Part shown: piece after piece, positions 1 to 8,734 of the stretch | How positions within the stretch are numbered: position 1 is the first letter of the stretch | Layout: the number at the start of each line of letters is the position of its first letter | NCBI GenBank assembly: GCA_964492595.1 | Contig: CAZBKY010000013.1 | Span: 1 to 17,856, forward strand | DNA: 17,856 bases | Source: an uncultured Muribaculaceae bacterium | Lineage (GTDB): Bacteria; Bacillota_I; Bacilli_A; RF39; UBA660 | Reading direction: 5' to 3' | The notes under the pieces: model-generated | Database searches by the model: none | What the model was told of the DNA's origin: nothing | What the model saw: only the letters and a program-made list of their open reading frames with translations | Position numbers and translations under genes: made by a program

Positions 1-68
1 CGCCATAAAATATAGATAATGATATCATAAGTTTATAGAAATATCAATCAAATATGTATTTTTTTTAG

Positions 69-446
69 TTAATTTTGAATAACCGCAATTATTTTTTTAC
101 CATTTTTTGATATATTTATAATCATTGAGTTCATAAAATCATTGCTGGATGGATTTAACAAACAGCCAACTTCGCTAGTACAACCACTCTCGTTTTGTTT
201 AAAGTCAGCTTTTAAATATTCTGTTTCTAACAGAGTTTCAACAGTAATATTTTGGGGAAAATTTGTTATATTATCTTGGGCATATAATGAAGCGGCTGTT
301 TCTATAAGATTTACTTTGGTTTCATATTCTTTTTCTTTTACTGAATTATTTGAATTTGTTAACGAAAAAACTGCTATTACTATAACAATTGCAATAATTG
401 CAATAACCGCAATTAATTCCACTAATGTAAAACCTTTTTTATTCAT
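69..446 (-). CDS. Type IV pilin-like / competence-type pseudopilin with a prepilin N-terminal cleavage-methylation domain
   Basis: The N-terminus MNKKGFTLVELIAVIAIIAIVIVIAVF has the class III signal (G|FTLVE, Glu at +5) followed by a hydrophobic helix. ATG at 444-446 is preceded by GAGGAAAG. The stop is TAA. Confidence 0.8.
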   Translation of the reverse strand: MNKKGFTLVELIAVIAIIAIVIVIAVFSLTNSNNSVKEKEYETKVNLIETAASLYAQDNITNFPQNITVETLLETEYLKADFKQNESGCTSEVGCLLNPSSNDFMNSMIINISKNGKKIIAVIQN

Positions 447-464
447 AATAATCTTTCCTCAAAA

Positions 465-538
465 TGGTGCCGAATGGCAGAATCGGACTGCCAACTGAGC
501 CTTACCATGGCCCTGTTATACCACTTAACTAATTCGGC
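465..538 (-). tRNA. tRNA-Thr (anticodon GGU), 74 nt with encoded CCA
   Basis: The reverse complement folds as a cloverleaf: acceptor GCCGAAT/ATTCGGC, D arm GTTA..TAAC, anticodon stem GGGCC/GGCTC with loop AT-GGT-AA, T arm GGCAG-TCCGATT-CTGCC, discriminator A, CCA. Confidence 0.85.
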
Positions 539-558
539 TTGTGTAATTATTATAACAC

Positions 559-582
559 AAAAAATATGAAAAACTTTCATAT
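559..582 (-). terminator. Candidate intrinsic terminator after nifU
   Basis: There is a perfect 8-bp inverted repeat atatgaaa/tttcatat (564-582, 3-nt loop) 2 nt after the nifU stop. It is followed on the minus strand by TTTTT (559-563). The stem is AT-rich and therefore weak. Confidence 0.4.
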
Positions 583-583
583 T

Positions 584-1000
584 TTATTCTAAATTACATT
601 TATTTATTATTTCATCTTCAGGTAGTTTTAATACATTTCTATAATAATCAGCAATAGCTAGTTTAATTGCCTCTTCAGCAAGTATAGAACAGTGCATCTT
701 TATTTGTGGAAGTCCCCCCAACTCATCAACTACACTTTTATTAGTTATTTTTAAAGCTTCATCTACAGATTTTCCTTTTATCAGTTCTGTTGATATACTG
801 CTTGATGCAATCGCAGCACCACAACCAAATGTCTTAAATTTGACATCAGTAATTATATTATCTTCAACTTTCAAATATATTCTTAATATATCTCCACATA
901 CAGGATTTCCTACTTCTCCAACTCCAGAATAATCTTCTATTTCCCCAACATTTCTTGGATTAGAATAGTGATCTATTACTTTTTCATTGTATAATTCCAT
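584..1000 (-). CDS. nifU: Fe-S cluster assembly scaffold, NifU/IscU N-terminal-domain type
   Basis: The 138-aa protein carries the three conserved scaffold cysteines (NPVCGD, FGCGAAIASS, MHCS). AAGGAG lies upstream of the ATG. The gene sits 4 nt downstream of the cysteine desulfurase gene. Confidence 0.9.
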   Translation of the reverse strand: MELYNEKVIDHYSNPRNVGEIEDYSGVGEVGNPVCGDILRIYLKVEDNIITDVKFKTFGCGAAIASSSISTELIKGKSVDEALKITNKSVVDELGGLPQIKMHCSILAEEAIKLAIADYYRNVLKLPEDEIINKCNLE

Positions 1001-1004
1001 TTTT

Positions 1005-2177
1005 TCACTCCTTATTTTTTAATTTTTCATACAACGGGGACATATCTCTTAATTTTTGAACTATTGGAACTAAGTTATTTATTAAATAATCTATTTCTTT
1101 TTTTGTATTGTACTTTCCTATGGTTATTCTTAAAGAGCCATGAGCTATTTCATGAGGTAATCCAATTGCAAGTAATACATGAGATGGTTCAAGCGAATCT
1201 GATGTACAAGCACTCCCACTTGATGCATAAATTCCTTTGTTGTCTAAATTTAATAAAAGCCCCTCGCCTTCAATATATCTAAAAGATATATTAGCATTTC
1301 CGGGTAATCTTGAATTAATATCTCCATTTAATTTTATATTGGGTATTCTTTTATTCACTTCATCTATATAATAATCTCTCAAAGATTTAATGCGCTCATT
1401 TTTTTTCTCCATCTCTTCGTAAACAATTTCTATGGCTTTCCCCATGCCTACTATTGATGGAACATTTTCAGTTCCAGCTCTTTTACCTTTTTCCTGATGT
1501 CCTCCATTAATTAATTTTTTAAATCTTACACCTTTTTTAACATATAACGCCCCAATACCTTTAGGACCATAGAATTTATGGGCTGATAAAGATAAACTGT
1601 CTATATTCAATTCCTTTACATCTATTTTTATATTTCCAATTGCCTGTACTGCATCAGTATGAAAAAATAGATTGTGTTTTTTAGCAATTTCTGCAATTTC
1701 TTTAATCGGCTCAATAGTACCTATTTCATTATTTGCATACATAATACTTATCAAAATCGTATTTTCTTTTATTGAACTTTCTAATTCTGATAAATTAATT
1801 ATTCCAGTTTCATCTACACTTATATAAGTAACTTCAAAACCTTCATTCTCTAATTCCTTGCAAGTTTCAAGTACTGCAGGGTGTTCTATTTTTGATGTTA
1901 TAATATGATTTCCTTTATTTTTATAAGCATAAGCAATCCCCTTTATTGCAGTATTATCACTTTCAGTTCCTCCTGATGTAAAATATATTTCCGAGGGCTC
2001 AGCATTAATACTTTTAGCTACCTGTTCTCTAGCTTTTTCTATAGATCCTCTAGTATTTCTTCCTAATTTATATATAGAAGATGCATTACCATATTCATCT
2101 GTTAAATAAGGCATCATTGCTTCTAAAACTCTTTTATCTAATTTAGTAGTGGCTGCGTTATCTAAGTAAATTTCCAT
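1005..2177 (-). CDS. nifS: Cysteine desulfurase (NifS/IscS class, PLP-dependent)
   Basis: It has the PLP-lysine motif SAHKFYGPKG and the active-site loop SSGSACTS. I place the start at the ATG at 2175-2177 (MEIYLDNAATT), which is preceded by GGGAGGAA. The track ORF extension to 2243 begins at a TTG and looks spurious. The stop is TGA. Confidence 0.9.
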   Translation of the reverse strand: MEIYLDNAATTKLDKRVLEAMMPYLTDEYGNASSIYKLGRNTRGSIEKAREQVAKSINAEPSEIYFTSGGTESDNTAIKGIAYAYKNKGNHIITSKIEHPAVLETCKELENEGFEVTYISVDETGIINLSELESSIKENTILISIMYANNEIGTIEPIKEIAEIAKKHNLFFHTDAVQAIGNIKIDVKELNIDSLSLSAHKFYGPKGIGALYVKKGVRFKKLINGGHQEKGKRAGTENVPSIVGMGKAIEIVYEEMEKKNERIKSLRDYYIDEVNKRIPNIKLNGDINSRLPGNANISFRYIEGEGLLLNLDNKGIYASSGSACTSDSLEPSHVLLAIGLPHEIAHGSLRITIGKYNTKKEIDYLINNLVPIVQKLRDMSPLYEKLKNKE

Positions 2178-2255
2178 AAATTCCTCCCAGTAAATAAAAT
2201 TATACACTTCAATTCCTACTAAGTCAATAGGAATTAAAAGCAAAAAATAGATACA

Positions 2256-2651
2256 TTATTTAATTAAATCTTCTAAAGTTTTACTATCCACATAATCTTC
2301 AATAACTTTATCTAACCCCTCCCAAAACACATATGACTTACATCCACCTTTTTTATCACAAAATCCATCAGAAATGCATTCAAGAGGCGCAAGAGTGCCT
2401 TCAGTAGCTCTTAAAATATCTCCTATTTTATATTCATCGGGTTTTTTAGAAAGCATATACCCACCAGTATTTCCCCTGGCAGTTTTTAAATATCCAGCTT
2501 TATTTAATTTAGAAATTATTTGCTCTGAATATTTACTGGATATACCTTGCCTTTTAGATATTTCAGTTAAAGAAACATAATTTTCTTTAGCATTTAAAGA
2601 CAAGTCAATCATAATTTTTAGGGCATATCGCCCCCTTGTGGATATTCTCAT
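2256..2651 (-). CDS. iscR: Rrf2-family transcriptional regulator, IscR-like
   Basis: It has an N-terminal winged-helix region (MRISTRGRYALKIMIDL...) and C-X5-C-X5-C cluster ligands (CISDGFCDKKGGC). It lies directly upstream of nifS-nifU. Confidence 0.8.
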   Translation of the reverse strand: MRISTRGRYALKIMIDLSLNAKENYVSLTEISKRQGISSKYSEQIISKLNKAGYLKTARGNTGGYMLSKKPDEYKIGDILRATEGTLAPLECISDGFCDKKGGCKSYVFWEGLDKVIEDYVDSKTLEDLIK

Positions 2652-2680
2652 AATATCTCCTTTTACTTAATAATTTATTA

Positions 2681-3376
2681 TTATCTTCCAAACCTTCTAT
2701 TTCGTTTATTGTAAACCTTAATAGCCCTATCAAACTCTTTCTTAGAAAAATCTGGCCAATAAACCTTAGGAAAATAAAATTCTGCATAAGCACATGTATA
2801 AAGCATAAAGTCACTTAATCTTTGTTCTCCACTAGTACGAATCATTAAATCAACATCAGGAAGATTGTTATACAAATTCTCTCTCACAATGTCTTCATTA
2901 ACTTCACTTTCCTTAATTCGTTTATTTATTAATTTTTTATATGTATCAACAATCTCTAATCTACCACTATAATTAATACATATATTTAGAATACCGTTTT
3001 TATTATCTTTCGTTTCACTTATCATTTTATCAATACTTTTTAATACTTTTAAAGGAAGATTTTCTCTGCTTCCAGATATTACTATTTTAATATTATTTTT
3101 AACTATCTTTTTCATTTTAGAAGAAAACATATTTGTAAATAATTTCATTAAATGATTTACTTCTTCTTTAGATCTTTTAAAATTTTCTGTAGAAAAAGCA
3201 TATAAACTTAATACATTAACTCCTTTACTAAAGGCATACTCCACTATTTCTTCAACTCTTTTGAGTCCAAATGTATGTCCTTCCATTCTTGTAAGTCCTT
3301 TAGATAAAGCCCATCTTCCATTACCATCTAATATTATCGCAATATGATTAGGAATATCTAAATTTTTCTGATTCAT
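2681..3376 (-). CDS. uppS: Isoprenyl transferase (undecaprenyl-diphosphate synthase)
   Basis: It has the canonical HIAIILDGNGRWA motif and the C-terminal RRFG. The length (231 aa) is typical. Confidence 0.9.
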   Translation of the reverse strand: MNQKNLDIPNHIAIILDGNGRWALSKGLTRMEGHTFGLKRVEEIVEYAFSKGVNVLSLYAFSTENFKRSKEEVNHLMKLFTNMFSSKMKKIVKNNIKIVISGSRENLPLKVLKSIDKMISETKDNKNGILNICINYSGRLEIVDTYKKLINKRIKESEVNEDIVRENLYNNLPDVDLMIRTSGEQRLSDFMLYTCAYAEFYFPKVYWPDFSKKEFDRAIKVYNKRNRRFGR

Positions 3377-3569
3377 AAATACCTCTTTTCCATATTATAG
3401 CACATGTATAGTATGGAGTATAAAATTTTTAAAAATAAACTTAATCTTTAAGTTTTTATTATTAATGTAAAAAATAATTGGTTAATATAGCTTAATGAAT
3501 TCAAAAGGATCAATGTCTATCATATGTTAAAATCACTATGGATACTCAATTGACTTTTACGACAACTTA

Positions 3570-3599
3570 TTGCGAAAATCATCATGGAAATGTTATAAT
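3570..3599 (+). promoter_or_regulatory. Candidate sigma-70-type promoter for the small membrane-protein ORF
   Basis: TTGCGA (3570-3575), an 18-nt spacer, then TGT-TATAAT (extended -10, 3594-3599), about 90 nt upstream of the ATG at 3691. Chance matches are common in AT-rich DNA. Confidence 0.3.
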
Positions 3600-3690
3600 A
3601 TTTATAGAGTTTAGTTCAAAAATATTTATGTTTGTTTTATTATAATTTATTGAAAAGTTTAAAAATTTTTGATTTGAAAGGAGATTTATC

Positions 3691-3894
3691 ATGAAACAAG
3701 AAAATTACACTCCAATTAAAATATTATCATTTTTATTCCCTGTTATCGGAGTAATATTTTATTTTATTGAAAGTGGAAAAAATCCTAAAAAAGCAAAAGC
3801 GATTTTAGGAGGTTTAAAGATATTATTTATATTAATAATAGTTATTATTTTTATAATAATTTCAGTAATGATACAAAGAAGTTCCACATACTAA
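3691..3894 (+). CDS. Small two-TM membrane protein, function unknown
   Basis: The 67-aa protein has two hydrophobic segments separated by a basic loop (GKNPKKAKA). There is a good RBS (AAAGGAGA) 7 nt upstream. This is the only convincing plus-strand gene. Confidence 0.55.
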   Translation: MKQENYTPIKILSFLFPVIGVIFYFIESGKNPKKAKAILGGLKILFILIIVIIFIIISVMIQRSSTY

Positions 3895-4313
3895 AATAAA
3901 ATTAAAGAAATAAAAGATTTAAATTGAAAGATTTTGCCCTACATTTATTACTATTTTACTCTTAAGTAAAATATTATTCTTTTGCTATTATTTCCGATTT
4001 TGTTATTAATCAACTCTAGCACGTATATTGTCGTTAGATTCACATATTCTAAATGCAACCTGCTCTGTTTCATAGAATGTATATAATGCAGAACAAGTTT
4101 CTTCAAAATCATTTTACTTTATTAGTGTTTTCGTTTGCTTTTTAAGCCTAGCTCTTATTTATACCCTTTACTTATAGATAGTTAGCCCTTTGAGGAGTGT
4201 CATAAAAAATGCTGAAAATGATATTTGATAATGCTAATTTGTTATAGTTTATAATATTAATAAAACAAAAATCTTGAAAATACTGAACTTCCAAGACTTT
4301 TTTAAATCAAAAA

Positions 4314-4390
4314 TGGCGTTCTCGATCAGAGTCGAACTGATGACCTATCCCTTAGGAGGGGATTGCTCTATCCATCTGAGCTACGAGAAC
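4314..4390 (-). tRNA. tRNA-Arg (anticodon CCU), 77 nt with encoded CCA
   Basis: The reverse complement is GTTCTCG-TA-GCTC-AGATGGATA-GAGC-A-ATCCC-CTCCTAA-GGGAT-AGGTC-ATCAG-TTCGACT-CTGAT-CGAGAAC-G-CCA. The cloverleaf is clean and has a canonical TTCGA T-loop. Confidence 0.9.
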
Positions 4391-4454
4391 AAAAAACATA
4401 GTACTTTCTCATAAAACCCTTAGATTATATCACTTTTCCTTAGAAAAATCTAAT

Positions 4455-4820
4455 TTATATCCATCTTGGAATGTATAAATTTCTTGTATAATATTCCAAA
4501 TATTTATCATAAGCCTCTATTATCTTTTGAGCAATAAATAAAAGTACATTATCTATTCTAGAACTTATTTTTAAATTAGATATAGTTCCAATTAATTCTT
4601 TTTTAAATTCTCCATCTTCAAAATACTTAATAATAGAATCTGCCATTTTATTAATTATACAAATATCTTCTTTTTTATTAACATCAATACTAAAAACAAA
4701 TTCCTGAAATATTTGAATCAGTTTTATTGAAACAACTTCGCTATCTAAGAAATCTTGATTTATAATATTATAATAATTAGGACAATATTTTAATATTTCC
4801 TTATTTTGCAGTACACCCAT
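4455..4820 (-). CDS. Hypothetical protein (121 aa, acidic, predicted helical)
   Basis: The frame is open, with ATG preceded by GGGGGA, 9 nt downstream of the rseP stop. I recognise no family. Confidence 0.5.
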   Translation of the reverse strand: MGVLQNKEILKYCPNYYNIINQDFLDSEVVSIKLIQIFQEFVFSIDVNKKEDICIINKMADSIIKYFEDGEFKKELIGTISNLKISSRIDNVLLFIAQKIIEAYDKYLEYYTRNLYIPRWI

Positions 4821-4829
4821 AAAATCCCC

Positions 4830-5876
4830 CTAAAATAATTTGAATATATCATTAAATGTAATATATACAAATAATGCTACCAATAAGAAAAATCCCACTG
4901 TATTTAATATGCCTTCTAATTTTTTATTTTTCTTTTTAGTTATTTTTTGAATTATCAGAAGTAATATTCTTCCTCCATCAAATACTGGTATTGGAAGCAA
5001 GTTAATTACCCCTATATTAATACTTAGATATGCAGTTAAATATATTAGATTTTCCAATCCCGCCCATTTAATTTCATCAATAACAGTGTAAATCCCTATA
5101 GGACCACTTAAATTATCAATTGAAATTGTACCAACAAACAAATTCTTAAGTATACTTACTATTGATTTTAACATATCCCAAAAACCACCTACTGAATATT
5201 TCAAAGCATTAACAAAACCATATGTTTTGGGATATGATATTGCAAAACCAAATACTTTTTGTAATTCACCCTCTATTTCTTTAATCTGAGGAATTACAAT
5301 AAATTTAGAAATATTTCCCGATCTTTCAACAACAAAAGTGTACTCTTCTTTTTCTTCTTTGACTGATATTTCTAAAAGTACATCATCCCAAGAAGATGTT
5401 TTTACTCCATTTATAGATTTTATTATATCTCCAGTTTGTATTCCTGCGATGTTTATAGCACTGCCACCCTCAACCTCTCCAACAATAGGTTTTGTTATAG
5501 GACTTCCATAAAACAAGCCATTTATAAAAAGTAAAAATATTGTTAATAAAAAATTCAGTAATATGCCCATTATTAAAACTGAAAATATTTGTATAAAATT
5601 TTTATTTTCTAAAACCTCTTCTTTTTTTATTTTCATCTGTGGATCTTCTTCGTTAGCCATTGACACATATCCACCAATTGGAAATGCTCTTATAGAATAT
5701 GTAGTCTCATCTTTTTTACTTTTACGACTCCATAACTTTGGTCCCATCCCTATAGCAAACTCATCAACATAAACTCCATTTTTCTTTGCCATTATAAAAT
5801 GTCCGAATTCATGAATTAAGATTATTACTCCAAGCATTAATACTAAAACCAAAAATGTTATTATAAAATTTATCAT
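4830..5876 (-). CDS. rseP: RIP metalloprotease RseP/YluC (site-2 protease, M50 family, with PDZ domain)
   Basis: It has the HEFGH zinc motif in TM1, a central PDZ-like segment (GGSAINIAGIQTGDIIKSINGV), and the C-terminal NLLPIPVFDGG motif. Confidence 0.9.
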   Translation of the reverse strand: MINFIITFLVLVLMLGVIILIHEFGHFIMAKKNGVYVDEFAIGMGPKLWSRKSKKDETTYSIRAFPIGGYVSMANEEDPQMKIKKEEVLENKNFIQIFSVLIMGILLNFLLTIFLLFINGLFYGSPITKPIVGEVEGGSAINIAGIQTGDIIKSINGVKTSSWDDVLLEISVKEEKEEYTFVVERSGNISKFIVIPQIKEIEGELQKVFGFAISYPKTYGFVNALKYSVGGFWDMLKSIVSILKNLFVGTISIDNLSGPIGIYTVIDEIKWAGLENLIYLTAYLSINIGVINLLPIPVFDGGRILLLIIQKITKKKNKKLEGILNTVGFFLLVALFVYITFNDIFKLF

Positions 5877-5882
5877 ATTTAC

Positions 5883-6692
5883 CTATATAATACTTATGAT
5901 AAGACAGAACGTTAATATTACAAATAATATACTGTCTAACCTATCAAGTATTCCTCCATGCCCTGGCATTATTTTGCCAAAATCTTTTATTTCGTATTGC
6001 CTTTTAATAAAACTAAAAAATAGATCTCCTAGTGCAGACATTATAGAAATAAACATCATAACTAAAATTAATAAAATTATACTCCCTGTATAATCAAAAG
6101 TAGTGATGTATATATATGTTGTAATGAATGTTCCAAATAAAAGTCCACCAATAAAACCTTCTACAGATTTATTAGGGGATATTGTAGGGCACATTTTATG
6201 CTTACCTATTAAAATTCCAACAATATACGCAAAAGTATCAGTAGAGATTGTAATTAATAAAATAAATATTAAATAGTATACATTATATTCCCTCATCATC
6301 ATAAGGGCACTGAAACCTAAAACTAAAAATATATTGAATCCAGAGAAAAATATTGCGTCTTCAATACTATATTTTTTATTATCATGATAAAATATCAAAG
6401 GTAAAAGCAGCAATAAAGTATTCAAAATCAAATATTTATATGGCATATTTAATATAAATTCATTATTATTTATATTTACTATCATCATTAAAAGAAAATT
6501 AGCTACTGTTATAATTTTAATTAATAATGGAACTTTTTTATCCTTTGATTTTGCTTTAATTAATTCCATAACCCCAATAACTCCCAGAATTATTACACCA
6601 ATTTTATAAAAATATCCACCAATAATAATCAAAGGTATTACTATTAAAAGTGCAACCAGAGCACTTATTATTCTCTGTTTCATATGAATCAC
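5883..6692 (-). CDS. cdsA: Phosphatidate cytidylyltransferase
   Basis: It is a polytopic membrane protein with the CdsA signature SFIKRQYEIKDFGKIMPGHGGILDRLDS. The start is either GTG at 6692 or ATG at 6683. Confidence 0.9.
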   Translation of the reverse strand: MIHMKQRIISALVALLIVIPLIIIGGYFYKIGVIILGVIGVMELIKAKSKDKKVPLLIKIITVANFLLMMIVNINNNEFILNMPYKYLILNTLLLLLPLIFYHDNKKYSIEDAIFFSGFNIFLVLGFSALMMMREYNVYYLIFILLITISTDTFAYIVGILIGKHKMCPTISPNKSVEGFIGGLLFGTFITTYIYITTFDYTGSIILLILVMMFISIMSALGDLFFSFIKRQYEIKDFGKIMPGHGGILDRLDSILFVILTFCLIISII

Positions 6693-6740
6693 TATCTTTC
6701 TACTCCAAATTATAACATAAAACTCCTATTTTATTCAACA

Positions 6741-7796
6741 TTATTTTAAAACATTTAAACTTATTAAATCTTTTCTATCAATTTTATTATACATTTTTAA
6801 AATAAAATTGTAACTATTTGCATGTTTAAAATGAGCTAAAAAACTATTCCATTCTAAAATCATTTTATTTTCATTCAACTTATTAAAAGAATTTAACTTA
6901 TTCCATAAATTTATTCTTTTTTTCATTTGAATTTTAGCTCTTTTTCTCAATAGTCTATGTGTCTCATATATTATATATCCACAAAAATTAATTCCTGATT
7001 TGTTAGGATAATAATTACTTTTGTTATTAAGCTCTAAATTCAAATTTTTATTTAAAAATTCTTCAATTATTTTTTTAAATCTTTTAGCATCATTTTTACT
7101 ATTTACAAGCAAAATAAAATCATCCATATATCTAACATAATATTTAACCTTTAATTTCTCTTTTATAAAATGATCTAAAATATCTAAATATATATTGGCA
7201 AAATATTGACTGGTATAATTTCCAATTGGTATACCAGTATCTTCACTGTCAAATATAAAAATTTCAGTTAAATGTAATATTTTTTTATCTGTAATAGCCT
7301 TTTTTAAAATATTAAATAATATATCTTTATCAATACTATAAAAAAAATTCTTTATATCACATTTTAAAATATAATATTTTTCATTTTTTCTTTTCATTAT
7401 TCTCATATATTTTTGTGCTTTATCCACAGCATAATGAGTACCTCTTTTTTCTATACAGGCACATGTATTACTTATAAATCTTTTAACAAAAAATGGTTTT
7501 ATAAATTCATAGATATACCACTGCTGAATGACCCTGTCTACATAAGGTAAAGATTTAATAACCCTCTTTTTGGGTTCATATACTGTAAAAGTTTTATATT
7601 TTCCAATTGAATATTTTTCATTTTTAAGTTTATTAATTATATTCCATAAATTTGTTTCTAAATCCATATTGAATTTTAATACATCCCTTTTATTTTTCTT
7701 GTTTTTTATAGATCTTTCATGAGCTTTTAACATTTTTTCAAAAGTTAAATTTTCATAAAACATATTTTTCATTGTTTTAGACATGAGTTTATCCAT
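6741..7796 (-). CDS. DGR-type reverse transcriptase
   Basis: RT motifs are present: RVIKSLPYVDRVIQQ, the DGR-diagnostic IPIGNYTSQYFANIYL ([I/L]GxxxSQ rather than the group II/retron QGxxxSP), and the catalytic YMDDFILL. The length (351 aa) fits. It is adjacent to avd and a TR/VR pair. The start is uncertain (in-frame ATGs at 7796, 7784, 7772 and 7763), and it overlaps the avd 3' end. Confidence 0.9.
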   Translation of the reverse strand: MDKLMSKTMKNMFYENLTFEKMLKAHERSIKNKKNKRDVLKFNMDLETNLWNIINKLKNEKYSIGKYKTFTVYEPKKRVIKSLPYVDRVIQQWYIYEFIKPFFVKRFISNTCACIEKRGTHYAVDKAQKYMRIMKRKNEKYYILKCDIKNFFYSIDKDILFNILKKAITDKKILHLTEIFIFDSEDTGIPIGNYTSQYFANIYLDILDHFIKEKLKVKYYVRYMDDFILLVNSKNDAKRFKKIIEEFLNKNLNLELNNKSNYYPNKSGINFCGYIIYETHRLLRKRAKIQMKKRINLWNKLNSFNKLNENKMILEWNSFLAHFKHANSYNFILKMYNKIDRKDLISLNVLK

Positions 7797-8125
7797 CCAC
7801 CTAATAAATTACATATATTAGTTATTTTTTTGCTCCATGAAGCATAATTTTTAATGCTAATATATTTTTTCTTATATGAAATTCTTATTAATATTTTTAA
7901 CATTTTCAAATTGACATCTAATTCTCCTAAAATATTTAACCTTACTTTTTTATCTCTAACTTTTTGAGCTTTTATTATTAATTTCATTCCATCATATGTA
8001 TTATTTTTTATTTGCACACATATATTTTTTCTTTCTATTTTGGGATATTTAATCAAAATATTTTCTGTATAATATATAAGCTCTAAATATTGCTTATAAA
8101 TTAATAAATCTTCTAAATCACTCAT
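7769..8125 (-). CDS. avd: Avd-like accessory variability determinant (small basic four-helix-bundle protein)
   Basis: The 118-aa, Lys/Arg-rich, predicted all-helical protein (LIYKQYLELIYYTENILIKYPKIERKNI...) sits immediately 5' of the RT, as in other DGRs. AAGGAG is the RBS. Its start overlaps the upstream gene's stop (ATGAGTGA). Confidence 0.75.
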   Translation of the reverse strand: MSDLEDLLIYKQYLELIYYTENILIKYPKIERKNICVQIKNNTYDGMKLIIKAQKVRDKKVRLNILGELDVNLKMLKILIRISYKKKYISIKNYASWSKKITNICNLLGGWINSCLKQ

Positions 8126-8486
8126 TAATTATCTCCTTTAATTCACCCAATACTCTAAGGGCCTCTATTGGGGTAAGATAATTAATATCTATTTTTTTTA
8201 ATTTCATTATTATTTTATCTGTTGGTTTTATTTCATTACATTCATCTATTATTTTAATATTTAATTTTAAATTATCAAATATTGAAATATATTTTTCTTT
8301 TGAGTTAATTGGAAAACCGCATTTAACTATATCTTTATTTAAATTTATTAATTTTAAAGTTGTTATTTTATTAATTTTAATTGCATCTTCATCTAAAAAT
8401 ATATAAAAATTACCACTTTTAAATAAATATAATGCCTCCTTATTTTCTTTTTTTAATTCTAAATACTTATTATATAATTTACTCAC
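8118..8486 (-). CDS. Mini-MutS-like protein (MutS domain I plus the MutS C-terminal helix motif); DGR accessory 'MSL'
   Basis: LYNKYLELKKENKEALYLFKSGNFYIFLDEDAIKINKITTLKL...KCGFPINSKEKYISIFDNLKLNIKIIDE aligns by eye with MutS domain I (QQYLxLKxxxPxxLLFFRxGDFYExFxxDA...xAGxPxHxxxxYxxKLxxxGxxVAICEQ). The C-terminal KKIDINYLTPIEALRVLGELKEI resembles the MutS ...LDxxxLTPxxALxxLxxLK motif. It uses a GTG start at 8486 with AAGGAG 8 nt upstream. Confidence 0.7.
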   Translation of the reverse strand: MSKLYNKYLELKKENKEALYLFKSGNFYIFLDEDAIKINKITTLKLINLNKDIVKCGFPINSKEKYISIFDNLKLNIKIIDECNEIKPTDKIIMKLKKIDINYLTPIEALRVLGELKEIINE

Positions 8487-8734
8487 TTTCTTACTCCTTT
8501 TTAATATTTAAAAAAGCAGTATTAACAAACGAACCATAAATAGTTCATTTAATTACTACTGCCTTGCGTAAAGTTTCATTTTCATCATTTTACTACTCAC
8601 ATAACTTCACTATCTATTTTTTTGTTCTTATTAAAGAACAGGAATTAAACTTCTACGATAAACATTACTTTATAATATCCTTAAATATTATAATTTGAAT
8701 GAAGAATATTATATTCTTATATATAGTAGTCTTA

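Noticed and set aside
142-498. A 118-aa plus-strand ORF
   Set aside because: It is antisense to the pilin gene and runs into the tRNA-Thr. This is a typical AT-rich shadow ORF.
2178-2243. A 22-codon N-terminal extension of the cysteine desulfurase in the ORF track (MLLIPIDLVGIEVYNFIYWEEF)
   Set aside because: It begins at a TTG. The strong GGGAGGAA RBS and the conserved N-terminus (MEIYLDNAATT) both point to the ATG at 2177.
2605-2814. A 69-aa minus-strand ORF overlapping the uppS 3' end and the iscR 5' end
   Set aside because: It is out of frame with, and overlaps, two well-supported genes. It has no RBS or recognisable domain.
4268-4310. A possible plus-strand terminator (tcttg...caaga followed by TTTTTT) just before tRNA-Arg
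   Set aside because: The stem is only 5 bp with a 15-nt loop, and it lies ~370 nt beyond the nearest plus-strand gene. That is too weak to call.
6741-7796. The RT as a group II intron maturase, a retron RT or an Abi-type defence RT
   Set aside because: The motif-4 signature is IGNxxSQ (DGR type). There is no maturase or endonuclease domain, no intron RNA domain V/VI-like structure and no msr/msd-like inverted repeats. A cognate TR/VR pair with A-only mismatches is present.
1005-8120. A possible alternative genetic code (UGA reassigned, as in Mycoplasmatota or Gracilibacteria), given the extreme AT-richness
   Set aside because: TGA terminates nifS at 1005-1007, 4 nt before the nifU RBS/ATG. 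It also terminates the mutS-like gene in the ATGAGTGA overlap. All long ORFs are intact under code 11.
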